Source of the DNA: a virus
Lineage: Duplodnaviria > Caudoviricetes
DNA length: 64,000 nucleotides
Direction: 5' to 3' (one strand)
IMG/VR virus record: IMGVR_UViG_3300016263_001265
Coordinates: 1-64,000 of that record
Positions 1 through 9,504 of the stretch are shown here, in pieces (position 1 is the stretch's first letter; every line of letters starts with the position of its first letter). A model generated the notes under the pieces. That model was not told the origin of the DNA. It ran no database searches and saw only the letters and a list, made by a program, of their open reading frames with translations. The position numbers were made by a program, and so were the translations under genes.

Positions 1-217
1 AGCGGCTCGATCATCTCCGACAGGAGATAGTGGACTTCCGCGTCCTCTGGGAGCATCCCTGCGCGCTCCTTGACGAGCGCATCGTGATTGAACAGTTCAC
101 TCATGATCCGAATACCCCCTTGACGATGTTGGCTCCAAGCCAGATGATCGAGCCAATCCACAGAAGATTGACCGCAACGATCACAACGATAACCGTCAGT
201 CCCTTGATGATGTCCAC

Positions 218-658
218 CTATTCACCCTCCTTCAAGTATTCTGCGCAGACCGCGCAGCCCTTTGCGCAGAACAGGTTGCCAAGAGCAACCTGCGCCGCGT
301 GGAACGCACCCTCGCACTCGCTTGGGCTTTCGTGGCACTCAAACGGAACGCCGTGCCCCTCCGCGCTGCGCGTGTCGCAGTCGGAGAGGAAGTCGCTGTG
401 CGCTTGCTTGCCGCGCTGCTCCCACAGCAGCGTGTACCACCCATAGCAGACCTCCGCGAGCGAGAAGTCGGTGTTGCCCTCGATTGCGTCCTCCATACAG
501 GAGTAGACGCTGTACCGAAGACCGCTATCGCCGCGCACGAAGATCAGATTCTTCACCTCTTCGTTGAGCCACGCCTCGACCGAAAGATCGGCTCGCGGCT
601 GCTCCTCGTGGACTGGAATCCAAGTCGCCATGATCAGACCTCCGTGTTGATGATCCAC
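218..658 (-). CDS. hypothetical Cys/His-rich protein
   Basis: ORF overlapping the next upstream ORF in a leftward operon. Confidence 0.6.
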   Translation of the reverse strand: MDHQHGGLIMATWIPVHEEQPRADLSVEAWLNEEVKNLIFVRGDSGLRYSVYSCMEDAIEGNTDFSLAEVCYGWYTLLWEQRGKQAHSDFLSDCDTRSAEGHGVPFECHESPSECEGAFHAAQVALGNLFCAKGCAVCAEYLKEGE

Positions 659-876
659 TCTTCACCATCGCTGCCGTCTTCCAAGATTTCAACGATAGAT
701 GTCGCGGTGGTGTTGGCTTCCACAAAGTCCCAGTCGCCGATGCCCTGCTCGGACACATCGTTGGCGACTGACGCAAGAAGTTCTTTGCCCTCAAGGCCAT
801 CGAGTTCATCGTCCTCGTACGCCACCTCTGCGATAAAGTCGTCTACCTTCTGAATGAACACCCTGTATCGCTTCAT
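634..876 (-). CDS. small acidic hypothetical protein
   Basis: ORF with AGGAGG SD at about 884-890. Confidence 0.7.
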   Translation of the reverse strand: MKRYRVFIQKVDDFIAEVAYEDDELDGLEGKELLASVANDVSEQGIGDWDFVEANTTATSIVEILEDGSDGEEWIINTEV

Positions 877-1082
877 CCGAATAGCCCTCCTATGAATCCA
901 ACAATCGACTCAAACGCGAGTCTAATGATTGTGATGGCAAATAGCAATCCGATTTGCCACGGCGCAATGTCTTCATCCATCACATACCTACGAACATGAT
1001 CAGACCCATGAGCCACGAGTATCGTCGTCGCACCCTTCGCGACCTCACATAGCGGTATGACCCCATGCGACCTCCTTCTCAA
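873..1082 (-). CDS. small hypothetical protein with C-terminal hydrophobic helix; start uncertain
   Basis: ORF track; stop overlaps the start of the downstream gene. Confidence 0.45.
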   Translation of the reverse strand: MRRRSHGVIPLCEVAKGATTILVAHGSDHVRRYVMDEDIAPWQIGLLFAITIIRLAFESIVGFIGGLFG

Positions 1083-1108
1083 CGGCAGGGACTTCCTGCG
1101 CTCCGAGC

Positions 1109-1138
1109 ATTGTAAGCGTGTGGTGGGGACTTGGTCAA
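1109..1138 (-). promoter_or_regulatory. sigma70-like promoter TTGACC-N18-TACAAT, leftward
   Basis: Plus strand attgta 1109-1114 and ggtcaa 1133-1138; followed by a short leader hairpin (1085-1100). Confidence 0.7.
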
Positions 1139-1401
1139 CTTGGCCTAGGGCGGGTTAGGGCGAGGACTTGACAGGGGTTGTTATTAGTGGTAGCCGAGCT
1201 CCCGCAGGAGCGAGGGTCGAACCACCGGTTAGTTAGGCTGTTCAGGTTAGTTAGGTTATTCGAGTTAGTTATATTATTAGTTCGGCCCCAGAGGACTGCG
1301 GCCCTCTGGGATAGAACCAGAAGCACCTACTTGACTCGCTGGTATCGGCTGCCTTACAATGGTCGGGCAGGGGCTTCCCTGTGAGTAGTAAGGAGGTCAT
1401 C

Positions 1402-2220
1402 ATGCCTAACTGGTGTGTGAACCAAGTGGACATACAGGGCGACGAGGCAGAGGTCGCACGATTGGTGGCGTTCGTCAAGGGCGACGACGAGAAGGACAAC
1501 GGAAACGATTTCTCGTTTGCCAAGATTGTTCCACCACCGAGGAGTGAAATCTATGGCGCGACAGATACGCAAAACGATTTCCAATGTGGTTGTAAGAAAG
1601 AGTGGATTACCACAAAGGAAGCCGTCGGCGAGCCGATGACCGAAGGGTTTGTGCCGCAGGAAGGCTACTGGGCGGTCAATGGCGTGAAGGTCGGAACCAA
1701 GATTCTTGCCAACGGCACGATTGAGGACAATGTTGCGATGATGTTCGGTGGCTCGGCGGTCTGCCCGATTCACGACCAGCCGCAGATTTCATCGCACCCA
1801 GATTGGTGGTACAACTGGAACTGCGCCAACTGGGGAACGAAGTGGAGCGCGGGAGATGTGTGGCACGACCGCTCTGACGACAGCAACGCTGTTGTTGAGG
1901 GAAAGACCTCGTACGGATTTGATACGGCGTGGTCTCCCGCGGAGCCTGTTGTTCTTGCTCTTTCGGCTCTCTTTCCGACGCTCCACATTACGCACCGATA
2001 CTGCGAAGGCGGTATGGGATACGCAGGTGAGGCGATGTATTTCGGTGGCGACGAGGTGTCGCGGCAGGAATACAACAGCGAGGGCGACAACCTCCCTGAC
2101 GAGGCGTGGCTGACCGATGAAAATGGCGAGCGTTCATACGAGCGGGACTACGACAAAGTGCCGATGACTCCGTTTGAGCGATTCTGCGATGAGCATTTCG
2201 GCGGAGTAGTTGGAGGCTGA
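1402..2220 (+). CDS. DUF1281/YubB-like ferredoxin-fold protein
   Basis: MPNWCxN N-terminus, WGTKW and FDTAWSP motifs; AAGGAGG SD before ATG 1402. Confidence 0.75.
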   Translation: MPNWCVNQVDIQGDEAEVARLVAFVKGDDEKDNGNDFSFAKIVPPPRSEIYGATDTQNDFQCGCKKEWITTKEAVGEPMTEGFVPQEGYWAVNGVKVGTKILANGTIEDNVAMMFGGSAVCPIHDQPQISSHPDWWYNWNCANWGTKWSAGDVWHDRSDDSNAVVEGKTSYGFDTAWSPAEPVVLALSALFPTLHITHRYCEGGMGYAGEAMYFGGDEVSRQEYNSEGDNLPDEAWLTDENGERSYERDYDKVPMTPFERFCDEHFGGVVGG

Positions 2221-2257
2221 TGTCATAGGGTAAAGGGACGCTACTCCCCTCTACCTG

Positions 2258-2291
2258 AATAATCCCCGTCGCGTTTGCGACGGGGATTATT
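2258..2291. terminator. bidirectional intrinsic terminator
   Basis: aataatccccgtcgc-gttt-gcgacggggattatt. Confidence 0.75.
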
Positions 2292-2410
2292 TATTATGTT
2301 CGCCCCCTCATGGCCGCCGCCATGAGGGATAGAACGCTTGACAGGTTGCTATGAGCCGTGAGATGATTCGGTTGTCGGGGCTTCCCGATGGGTAGCAAGA
2401 AGGAGGCAGT

Positions 2411-2965
2411 ATGCCGCTCAACTGGTATGTGGGGAACATCAAGAACGCGGACGATGTTTGTTGGATCACCGCAACACGCGACAGCGTGATGAACGGGCGT
2501 GTTCGCGGCGAGGAGTATCTCAATCCGATCACCGATCACTTCATCTGGGCGACGATGACGATCGGTCTGAACGAGATCACCGAGGAGAACATTGACGAGT
2601 GGGAGAAGCGACTCGCACTCGCCTATCAAATCGGTTGGTTGGACAAGATGGTCGTTTGGAACGGCAACGAGCCAGACGCAGACGGCAAGAACGCGCATTG
2701 CTTTGAGGCTCGCCCTCTCACTCGCGCAGACTTGGAGCGACACATCGGGCTTTCCACGAACGCCTCGTACGAGTCGGCGAGCGAGTGGCGCAAGCGCGTC
2801 GTTGAGCGACTGACGAAGGAAGGTCTGCGCGAGGCGAAGTACGACGAGAAGCGCAACGAGGAACTTGACGCGATCTGGCAGAAGGAGAGCATTGAGTTGC
2901 GCGACCGAATCCGACGCGGCGAGATCACGAAAGAACAAGCAGCAAAAGAGCCTGTGCCAGCGTAA
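2411..2965 (+). CDS. hypothetical protein
   Basis: ORF with SD and own promoter. Confidence 0.8.
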   Translation: MPLNWYVGNIKNADDVCWITATRDSVMNGRVRGEEYLNPITDHFIWATMTIGLNEITEENIDEWEKRLALAYQIGWLDKMVVWNGNEPDADGKNAHCFEARPLTRADLERHIGLSTNASYESASEWRKRVVERLTKEGLREAKYDEKRNEELDAIWQKESIELRDRIRRGEITKEQAAKEPVPA

Positions 2966-2986
2966 GTCTGGAAAGCAAATCGGAAT

Positions 2987-3016
2987 AAACAACCCGCCCT
3001 TCGGGGCGGGTTGTTT
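2987..3016. terminator. intrinsic terminator, UUCG loop
   Basis: aaacaacccgccc-ttcg-gggcgggttgttt. Confidence 0.8.
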
Positions 3017-3132
3017 ATTTTGTTCAGCCCCAAGAGACGGCGGTCTCTTGGGATAGAACCACTTGACAGGCTGCTAGGTTTGATGAGACAATCTGGTTGC
3101 CCCGACTTGGGGTGAGTAGAAAGGAGTGGCAA

Positions 3133-3582
3133 ATGGGGTACGACATCTTCTCGTTGCTGCCAGACCGAAAGGCAGCAGAGGCTCACGCAAAGAAGCACCG
3201 CTCAATGTGGATAAACGAGGACGGCTCGTATGATGAGAAGGCTCCTGAAACGCTGTATTTCAGGCTGAACATCTGGGGTATGCCGATGCTACGCGAGTTC
3301 CACGACTCCATCGGATTTGATTCAGTAAACGAAAACCTGATGGACAACAGCGGAAATGTAATCAAGGACTATGAGTGCCGAGAACTCGCGGAGAAAATCG
3401 CAGGGACGAGCGATGAGGCGATTCTGGAAATCATGACCGAGATTATCAGGGCAAATCCCTATAGCAGCGACAAGAGCAAGATTGACCCATCAGAGGAAGC
3501 GGGCTATTGGCTTGAGATTGTGAGGGAGTGGCAAGACTTCCTGTTTGGGTGCGCCGACCTGAAAGGCTGTGAAGTCCTATGA
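3133..3582 (+). CDS. hypothetical protein
   Basis: AAGGAG SD before ATG 3133. Confidence 0.75.
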   Translation: MGYDIFSLLPDRKAAEAHAKKHRSMWINEDGSYDEKAPETLYFRLNIWGMPMLREFHDSIGFDSVNENLMDNSGNVIKDYECRELAEKIAGTSDEAILEIMTEIIRANPYSSDKSKIDPSEEAGYWLEIVREWQDFLFGCADLKGCEVL

Positions 3583-3755
3583 AGAAGTGGGGCGTTCACT
3601 TGGAGATCGTCGGACATAAGTGGATTGAGGTAGAGGCAGATACCGCCGAACAGGCAAGAGAGATCGGTCTAGACATCGGAGTCAAAACGGACATCGGCGA
3701 GTTTACGGACAACACGGAAGTCGTCGTCGCCGATGTGGTGCTAGACGATGAGTAA
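3579..3755 (+). CDS. 58-aa DpnD/PcfM-like protein (not in ORF track)
   Basis: MKKWGVHLEIVGHKWIEVEADTAEQAREIG...; ATGA overlap with the upstream gene. Confidence 0.65.
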   Translation: MKKWGVHLEIVGHKWIEVEADTAEQAREIGLDIGVKTDIGEFTDNTEVVVADVVLDDE

Positions 3756-3945
3756 TCTGTTTCCGACCTCGCAACGGCAGTCCTGCGACTGCCCGACCGA
3801 CAGGCGCGACGCGCATTGGCTTTGGTCGGACTGCGAAGTCGCTGGGCACGAAGAGGGTTGTTATGTGGTCATGTGTAAGTCATGTGATCTCTGGTCGAGC
3901 GACTGCGACGAAGATTGGAAGCCGATCCCAGAAGATTGGAAATAG
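3748..3945 (+). CDS. small Cys-rich protein
   Basis: CxC and CxxC motifs, overlapping start. Confidence 0.55.
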   Translation: MSNLFPTSQRQSCDCPTDRRDAHWLWSDCEVAGHEEGCYVVMCKSCDLWSSDCDEDWKPIPEDWK

Positions 3946-4064
3946 TCGTTATTAGGTTATAGCCCGGAGAGCTGCGGCTCTTCGGGATAGAACCACTTGA
4001 CGGGTTGCTAGGTTTCTGCTTATGATGTGGTCAGCCCGATTGGGTGAAGTAGCAAGGAGGCGGT

Positions 4065-4277
4065 ATGGGCAAGGAATACAAGGTCATAGACTTCACATTT
4101 ACGGACGGGGGGTCGGTGTGCCTTCTCACGCCAGCGACACGGGACGCTCGGCGATGGCTGGCAGAGAACATCGGCGACGGCGCGATGTATCTGGGAGACT
4201 CGCTTGCGATTGAGCGTCGCTATGTTCAGGAGATTCTTGATGGTATTCGCGGCGACGGGTACGAGGTGGCTGTGTGA
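4065..4277 (+). CDS. hypothetical protein
   Basis: SD plus promoter. Confidence 0.75.
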   Translation: MGKEYKVIDFTFTDGGSVCLLTPATRDARRWLAENIGDGAMYLGDSLAIERRYVQEILDGIRGDGYEVAV

Positions 4278-4522
4278 GCGACCACTTTGAGATTCCCGTT
4301 GGAGACCCGCAGAACATCATCTTTACCTGCGACTGCGGCAAAGATGGTGAATACTGCTCCGACAATAACGCGAGCGGACATGCCGAGTGGTATTGCGCCG
4401 ACTGCGAAAACGATCGTTCGTTCAGGTACGGCTGTGCGATGTTCGTTGCCGAGGGTTGCGGCTGCGTTCCAGGCGGCGAGGACTGCGCCTGCGGTTGTGG
4501 CGGTACGGGGGTGATCAAATGA
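4274..4522 (+). CDS. Cys-rich microprotein
   Basis: About 11 Cys; GTGA and ATGA overlaps with neighbours. Confidence 0.6.
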   Translation: MSDHFEIPVGDPQNIIFTCDCGKDGEYCSDNNASGHAEWYCADCENDRSFRYGCAMFVAEGCGCVPGGEDCACGCGGTGVIK

Positions 4523-4845
4523 GCAGAAACGACGCTGCGTTCTTTACATACGATCACGGATCTATGCTCGTATGGCAGACGGAGGACAAGATGGTTCGCG
4601 TCTACAAAAACGGAGAAATGCGTATTCACTATGGCGACCGCGTTCTGCGATACACGGAAGACTTGGACGAAAACGGGTTTGATACCGATGAGAAACTTTC
4701 GCAGGCGACCAACGACGGGCTTCTTGATTGGTGGGAGAATCCGTGGTTTGAGGTTGTGTGGTCGGACAACGAAGACGGCGAGATCTTCCACGGATACGAA
4801 GAGGCTGTTGATTACGCAAAGAGGGTTCGCTCAGGCGACCTGTAA
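4519..4845 (+). CDS. hypothetical protein
   Basis: ATGA-coupled start at 4519. Confidence 0.7.
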   Translation: MSRNDAAFFTYDHGSMLVWQTEDKMVRVYKNGEMRIHYGDRVLRYTEDLDENGFDTDEKLSQATNDGLLDWWENPWFEVVWSDNEDGEIFHGYEEAVDYAKRVRSGDL

Positions 4846-4970
4846 TCTCGCTTATTATTGTTAGACCCCAAAGGGCGGCGGCCCTTTGGGCTAGAACTTG
4901 ACACAATCTTGGCGGGTATGAGACAATCTGCCTAGCGGCACTTGCCGTTGAGTAGTAAAGGAGGACGGAA

Positions 4971-5933
4971 ATGGCACACGAAATAGAAACGATGGCATAC
5001 AACAAGGAGCGCGGTATGCCGTGGCATGGACTCGGCGTTGCGAACGCTGGTCTCACCACGAGCGCGGAGATGATCGTCGCGGCTGGTCTTGATTGGAAGG
5101 TCAAGCAGCAGCCGATCTTCACCGACTACAACGGCGCGACCATCGCGATCAACGGCAAGCGCGCAAATGTGCGCGACACCGACGGCGCGGTTCTCGGTGT
5201 GGTGGGCGACCGCTACACACCGATCCAGAACGACGAGGTGATGTCGTTTGCGGACGCGCTGCTTGACGAAGGTGCGCGCTACGAGGCGGCGGGGTCGCTG
5301 CGTGGTGGGCAGATCGTCTTCACCGCGTTGGAGATCCCAGAGAAGATCGCGATCAAGGGCGACAACGGCGGCACGACGACCTACCTCGTCGTTGCCAACG
5401 GGCACAACGGGCTGTTTCCGCTCAAAGCGATGATCACCCCGATCCGCGTTGTTTGTATGAACACGCTGAACGCTGCTCTTGGCGGCGCGAAGATGTCGTT
5501 CACGCTCCGACACACGGCTCGCCTAGACGAGAAGGTGAAGGAGGCGAAGCGCGCTCTCGGCATCGCCTCAAAGGTGGTTGATGAGTTCTCGGAAGTCGCC
5601 TCTCGCATGGTTGCCGAGAAGGTGGAGCGAGATGAAGTCTTCCGCGTGATCACCACACTCTTCCCGCTCTCCCAGAAGGAGCGCGAAGACAAGGAAGTGC
5701 TTTCGGATCGCGCAAAGGCGACTCTCGCGATTCTCAACAACGCCGAGAACCTTGATGGTCTTCGGGATACGAAGTGGGGTTTGTATAACGCCATCGCGGA
5801 GTATCTTGATCACGGCGTTTCGTATCGCGGCGGCGTGCGCTCAACGGCAAACGACGCTCGCGCTTCTAGCGTGATGTTGGATACAGGCTTCGCTGCGAAG
5901 ACGAAGCGCGAGGCGATCGCGATTCTCGCGTAG
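4971..5933 (+). CDS. DUF932/DUF945-family phage/plasmid protein
   Basis: MAH...PWHGLG N-terminus, YTPIQN, GSLRGG, RVVCMNTL, HT and KWGLYNAIAEYLDH motifs. Confidence 0.85.
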   Translation: MAHEIETMAYNKERGMPWHGLGVANAGLTTSAEMIVAAGLDWKVKQQPIFTDYNGATIAINGKRANVRDTDGAVLGVVGDRYTPIQNDEVMSFADALLDEGARYEAAGSLRGGQIVFTALEIPEKIAIKGDNGGTTTYLVVANGHNGLFPLKAMITPIRVVCMNTLNAALGGAKMSFTLRHTARLDEKVKEAKRALGIASKVVDEFSEVASRMVAEKVERDEVFRVITTLFPLSQKEREDKEVLSDRAKATLAILNNAENLDGLRDTKWGLYNAIAEYLDHGVSYRGGVRSTANDARASSVMLDTGFAAKTKREAIAILA

Positions 5934-5952
5934 TCTCTGGTATCGCGTAAAT

Positions 5953-5982
5953 AAATAAGCCGCCCTTCGGGGCGGCTTATTT
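5953..5982. terminator. intrinsic terminator, identical to the copy at 6597-6626
   Basis: aaataagccgccc-ttcg-gggcggcttattt. Confidence 0.8.
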
Positions 5983-6096
5983 ATTATGTTCGGCCCCAAG
6001 GGGCCGCCGCCCCTTGGGATAGAACGCTTGACACGCTGCCAACCGAGGTAATACAATGATGAGGCTCCGCTTGGAGTAGAGTAGCAAGGAGGCGAA

Positions 6097-6588
6097 ATGA
6101 GTTGGAAGCGGTACAAGGTTGAGGTCGTAAGGCACGAGATTGCCGAGGCAAAGCCGTTCAGGATTGAGCGACCTACGGCGGCGGTGGATTTGTTCAGAGA
6201 GGACGCGAGCCGTCTGATGACTGAATCGCTTTGGGTGATGACGCTAGACGGACGCAACGGACTGATGGGCATTGAGCAGGTCTACTCTGGGACGGCAACA
6301 GGCACGAGCGTCCGAGTCGGTGAGTTGTTTAGGTACGCAGTCTCCTCTGGTGGTTGCGCCATCGTGTTGGTTCACAACCACCCAAGCGGAGACGCAACGC
6401 CGAGCGACGAGGACATTAGGCTTACGAGCGAAGTAATCGCAGCGTCCAAACTATTGGACATTGAGGTTCTTGACCATCTCGTTCTTGGCACAGGCGGCGT
6501 GTTTACGAGCATTAGGTCGCAGCGCACAAGTCTCTGGGACAGCAACAGCATAGTTGATGTGATTGAGGCTGTCGGCGCAACAAACTGA
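6097..6588 (+). CDS. RadC-like JAB-domain protein
   Basis: HNHPSGDATPSDEDIRLT and VLDHLVLG motifs. Confidence 0.9.
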   Translation: MSWKRYKVEVVRHEIAEAKPFRIERPTAAVDLFREDASRLMTESLWVMTLDGRNGLMGIEQVYSGTATGTSVRVGELFRYAVSSGGCAIVLVHNHPSGDATPSDEDIRLTSEVIAASKLLDIEVLDHLVLGTGGVFTSIRSQRTSLWDSNSIVDVIEAVGATN

Positions 6589-6596
6589 AACGAAGT

Positions 6597-6626
6597 AAAT
6601 AAGCCGCCCTTCGGGGCGGCTTATTT
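6597..6626. terminator. intrinsic terminator
   Basis: Same sequence as 5953-5982. Confidence 0.8.
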
Positions 6627-6742
6627 ATTATGTTCGCTCGCAAAGGGCGGCGGCCCTTTGCGGTAGAACGCTTGACGAGTCTGGGGAGATGGATTTACAA
6701 TGTGGACACCCTGCTTGGGGTGCTGTGAAAAAGGAGGCGACA

Positions 6743-7006
6743 ATGGGATTCCTGCGAGCGTCAATGACGATGTGTGGCAACGGCGATTGCTACTACGACC
6801 AATGCGAGTGCGAAACGCACGACCACCCGATGGTTCAGGAGTGCGATGGCGAAACGCATTTGAGTCTTGATAAGCGTTGTCCGTTTGAGGGCAAGGACAG
6901 GCGGGTCAAGTTTGGTTGGAACGGCTATGAACTCGCCTATGACGAGGTGATTTCGCTCTGCGACGACTGCTGGGACGCTGCGATGTCCGTTGCGAGTGAA
7001 TACTAA
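6743..7006 (+). CDS. Cys-rich hypothetical protein
   Basis: AAGGAGG SD before ATG 6743. Confidence 0.7.
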   Translation: MGFLRASMTMCGNGDCYYDQCECETHDHPMVQECDGETHLSLDKRCPFEGKDRRVKFGWNGYELAYDEVISLCDDCWDAAMSVASEY

Positions 7007-7199
7007 TGGACGCGCAGGGCGCGTTCTATTTGATGTTCGGTTCGCTGCTTCTCTGGGCGTACTTCCTCACGAGGAGGTAGTCCCTATTATTATGGGGTGG
7101 CGCAAGCAGCCGCCGCTGCTTGCGATAGAACGCTTGACGAGTCGGGTATACCTGTGGGAGAATACGCTTGTCGGAGAACCGACAGAAGGAGGCAAGACA

Positions 7200-7469
7200 A
7201 TGGACGCTACACCAATCGCGTGGCAGTACGAGGCTTCTGTTCATTGCGTAAAGTGCGCCGAGGGCAAGTGGGGTGCTGCGCTAAACGACGAAGGAACACT
7301 TGATAGCGAAGGCAACAATCTTCACCCCGTCTTTGACTGGGACGATGTGAATCTGTGCGGTGAGTCTTGCGGGACTTGCCTTGACTGGGCGATTGAGCCA
7401 GTACCGCACGAGCCAGCCAGTTGTCTGCTAGGATACGACTGCCGACTGCCACAGGCGGCGGCACTATGA
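7200..7469 (+). CDS. Cys-rich hypothetical protein
   Basis: SD before ATG 7200; CxxC motifs. Confidence 0.7.
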   Translation: MDATPIAWQYEASVHCVKCAEGKWGAALNDEGTLDSEGNNLHPVFDWDDVNLCGESCGTCLDWAIEPVPHEPASCLLGYDCRLPQAAAL

Positions 7470-7660
7470 CTACGGATAGGTAGAAGAGCCTCCACCTATC
7501 CATCACGAGCGGAGCAGTTGCGTCGCAGCCAACTGCTCCGCTTCTTATTGTTCAAGCCCAAAGAGCCGCAGCTCTTTGGGATAGAACGCTTGACGGGCGG
7601 CTCACAATGGGATTACAATGGGCGCAGCCCACTTGGGCGGGTAGCAGTAAGGAGGCTCAA

Positions 7661-7999
7661 ATGTTCTGGAAGGCTCTGGCAGTTTCGCTCACGAACGGCG
7701 ACTTTATCCGCGAAGGCGACGATTGGATTGTTGACCCAAAGCACAATGCGCGCCTTGACGGATTCGCCGAAAAGTTCTCTCAAATCTACAACGACACGCT
7801 GAACGGCTGGCATCACCCAGACGATTCTCTGGAAACCGAGCAGGACGGCGTGTACGACAAGTATGGAGTCGTAATCGTACATTGGCGCAACGACGGATTC
7901 ATTGACTTCGTTGCGTTTGACTCCGAAGATGGAGCGAAGCGCGAGTGGAGCGACATCGCCGATGTGTACGACCTAATGCCAAACGGCAAGACTTTCTGA
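7661..7999 (+). CDS. hypothetical protein
   Basis: SD before ATG 7661. Confidence 0.75.
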   Translation: MFWKALAVSLTNGDFIREGDDWIVDPKHNARLDGFAEKFSQIYNDTLNGWHHPDDSLETEQDGVYDKYGVVIVHWRNDGFIDFVAFDSEDGAKREWSDIADVYDLMPNGKTF

Positions 8000-8118
8000 A
8001 CATAATAAGTTCGGCTCCAAGAGGCGGCGGCCTCTTGGACTAGAACCCTTGACGGCTGGGTTCTGGTCGTTATAGAATCGGGTAGTGCCAAATGGCACAG
8101 GCATAGAAGGAGGCAGAA

Positions 8119-8409
8119 ATGGGAAAGGCAATCAAACTCGCAGAGGCAGCGGAGATGATTCGCAACAGCAACGGCGCAATCTTCGGGGTGGACTTCGTGA
8201 AGCGCACGACGGGCGAGGTTCGCAAGATGACGGCGCGGCTCGGAGTGAAGAAGCACCTGAAAGGCGGCGAGGCGGCGTATGACGCGGCGGCGAAGAATCT
8301 CATCTTCGTCTACGACATCGCGGCGAAGGGATACCGCACCATCGCGCTTGACGCAATCAAGGCGGTGCGATTCGGCGGCGAGCAGTATGAAGTTGAGGAG
8401 GCACGATGA
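8119..8409 (+). CDS. SH3-fold DUF2693/WYL-like protein
   Basis: FGVDFVKRTTGEVRKM...VYDIAAKGYRTI pattern. Confidence 0.6.
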   Translation: MGKAIKLAEAAEMIRNSNGAIFGVDFVKRTTGEVRKMTARLGVKKHLKGGEAAYDAAAKNLIFVYDIAAKGYRTIALDAIKAVRFGGEQYEVEEAR

Positions 8410-8642
8410 ACGGCGTTGCGAGCGTTGAGCCAGCGGTCTGGTATCAAATCCACACAAACGGAGCGACGACGACCTTCGCCCGATACTATCGGCAGGACGA
8501 TGGGCTTTATCGCTTCCAGAAACTCGCAGCCGACCACACGGCGGAGCCAACAGGATTCGCGGAAATCTTTGGCGACGAAGTGATGGAATCGCTTGGCGAG
8601 GTTTCGCTTCGTATGACTCGCGCAATCGTAAGCAAAGAATAA
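8406..8642 (+). CDS. hypothetical protein
   Basis: ATGA-coupled. Confidence 0.65.
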   Translation: MNGVASVEPAVWYQIHTNGATTTFARYYRQDDGLYRFQKLAADHTAEPTGFAEIFGDEVMESLGEVSLRMTRAIVSKE

Positions 8643-8765
8643 CGCTCATTATAGTTCAGCCCCAAGTGGCCGCCGCCACTTGGGATAGAACCACTTGACG
8701 GCTGGCTGAATAGTATGCGACAATCCGATAGACGGCGACTGCCGTTGTAGTAGCAAGGAGGCAAG

Positions 8766-9071
8766 ATGGCTGCGAACTTCGCAAAGACCGAGGAGTACCT
8801 TGAAAACGCAAAGGGTATCGCGTGGGATACCTGCCACAAGATTTATGTCCTGATGGACGACGAGCAGATGGCGCAGATGAAAGAATACGGGTATGACCCG
8901 CTTATCCCTGCAAGCGAACTCACGCCGAGCGAGATGCTTCACCAAGTTCGGTATTGGTACGCACAATCCTGCGGCTTGCGGTTCGTTCAAGCGGTTTACA
9001 CAAACCACAATAATCCGAACGACGGATTCGTTGCCCTGATTGAGCAGGGAGATGATTACGAGGAGGAGTAG
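8766..9071 (+). CDS. hypothetical protein
   Basis: SD plus promoter. Confidence 0.75.
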   Translation: MAANFAKTEEYLENAKGIAWDTCHKIYVLMDDEQMAQMKEYGYDPLIPASELTPSEMLHQVRYWYAQSCGLRFVQAVYTNHNNPNDGFVALIEQGDDYEEE

Positions 9072-9195
9072 GTAGTCCTCAAATAATAAGGGCGGGGAAA
9101 CCCGCCCTTATTATTGTTATAGCCCAACAAGCGGCGGCTTGTTGGGATGGAACCAAAGATGGGGGCTTGACAAGCGGCTTGGGATGCCTGATACT

Positions 9196-9428
9196 CCCTT
9201 TGTCGGGAGCGATCCTAGGAGCAGCAAACGACAGGGTGAGACTCGTGGACGAGCGAGCAGGTCAGCCGCAGCCCTAAATGCGGGATGACGAGAGGCAAAG
9301 GACGATGACCGCTAGGTGCCAATGGATCGGCGGAGCGGTAGGAAAAGGAGCCGAGGGAAGTGATTAGCCCTCGGTGAATAATCCGAAAGAAGCCCCTTGG
9401 AGCCGACGGGTTCCGAGGGGCTTCTTAT
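9196..9428 (+). ncRNA. candidate structured sRNA 1
   Basis: Promoter at 9167 and terminator at about 9389-9428; no convincing ORF; several helices. Confidence 0.55.
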
Positions 9429-9504
9429 TAGGTTCAGCTCCAAGCAGCCGCCGCTGCTTGGAATAGAACGCTTGACTTTCGCATTTGTCCGTGGGACAAT
9501 CGTT

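Noticed and set aside
7476-7548. Extra hairpins after gene 7200-7469 as an sRNA
   Set aside because: No own promoter; the larger hairpin has a U tract and fits a terminator.
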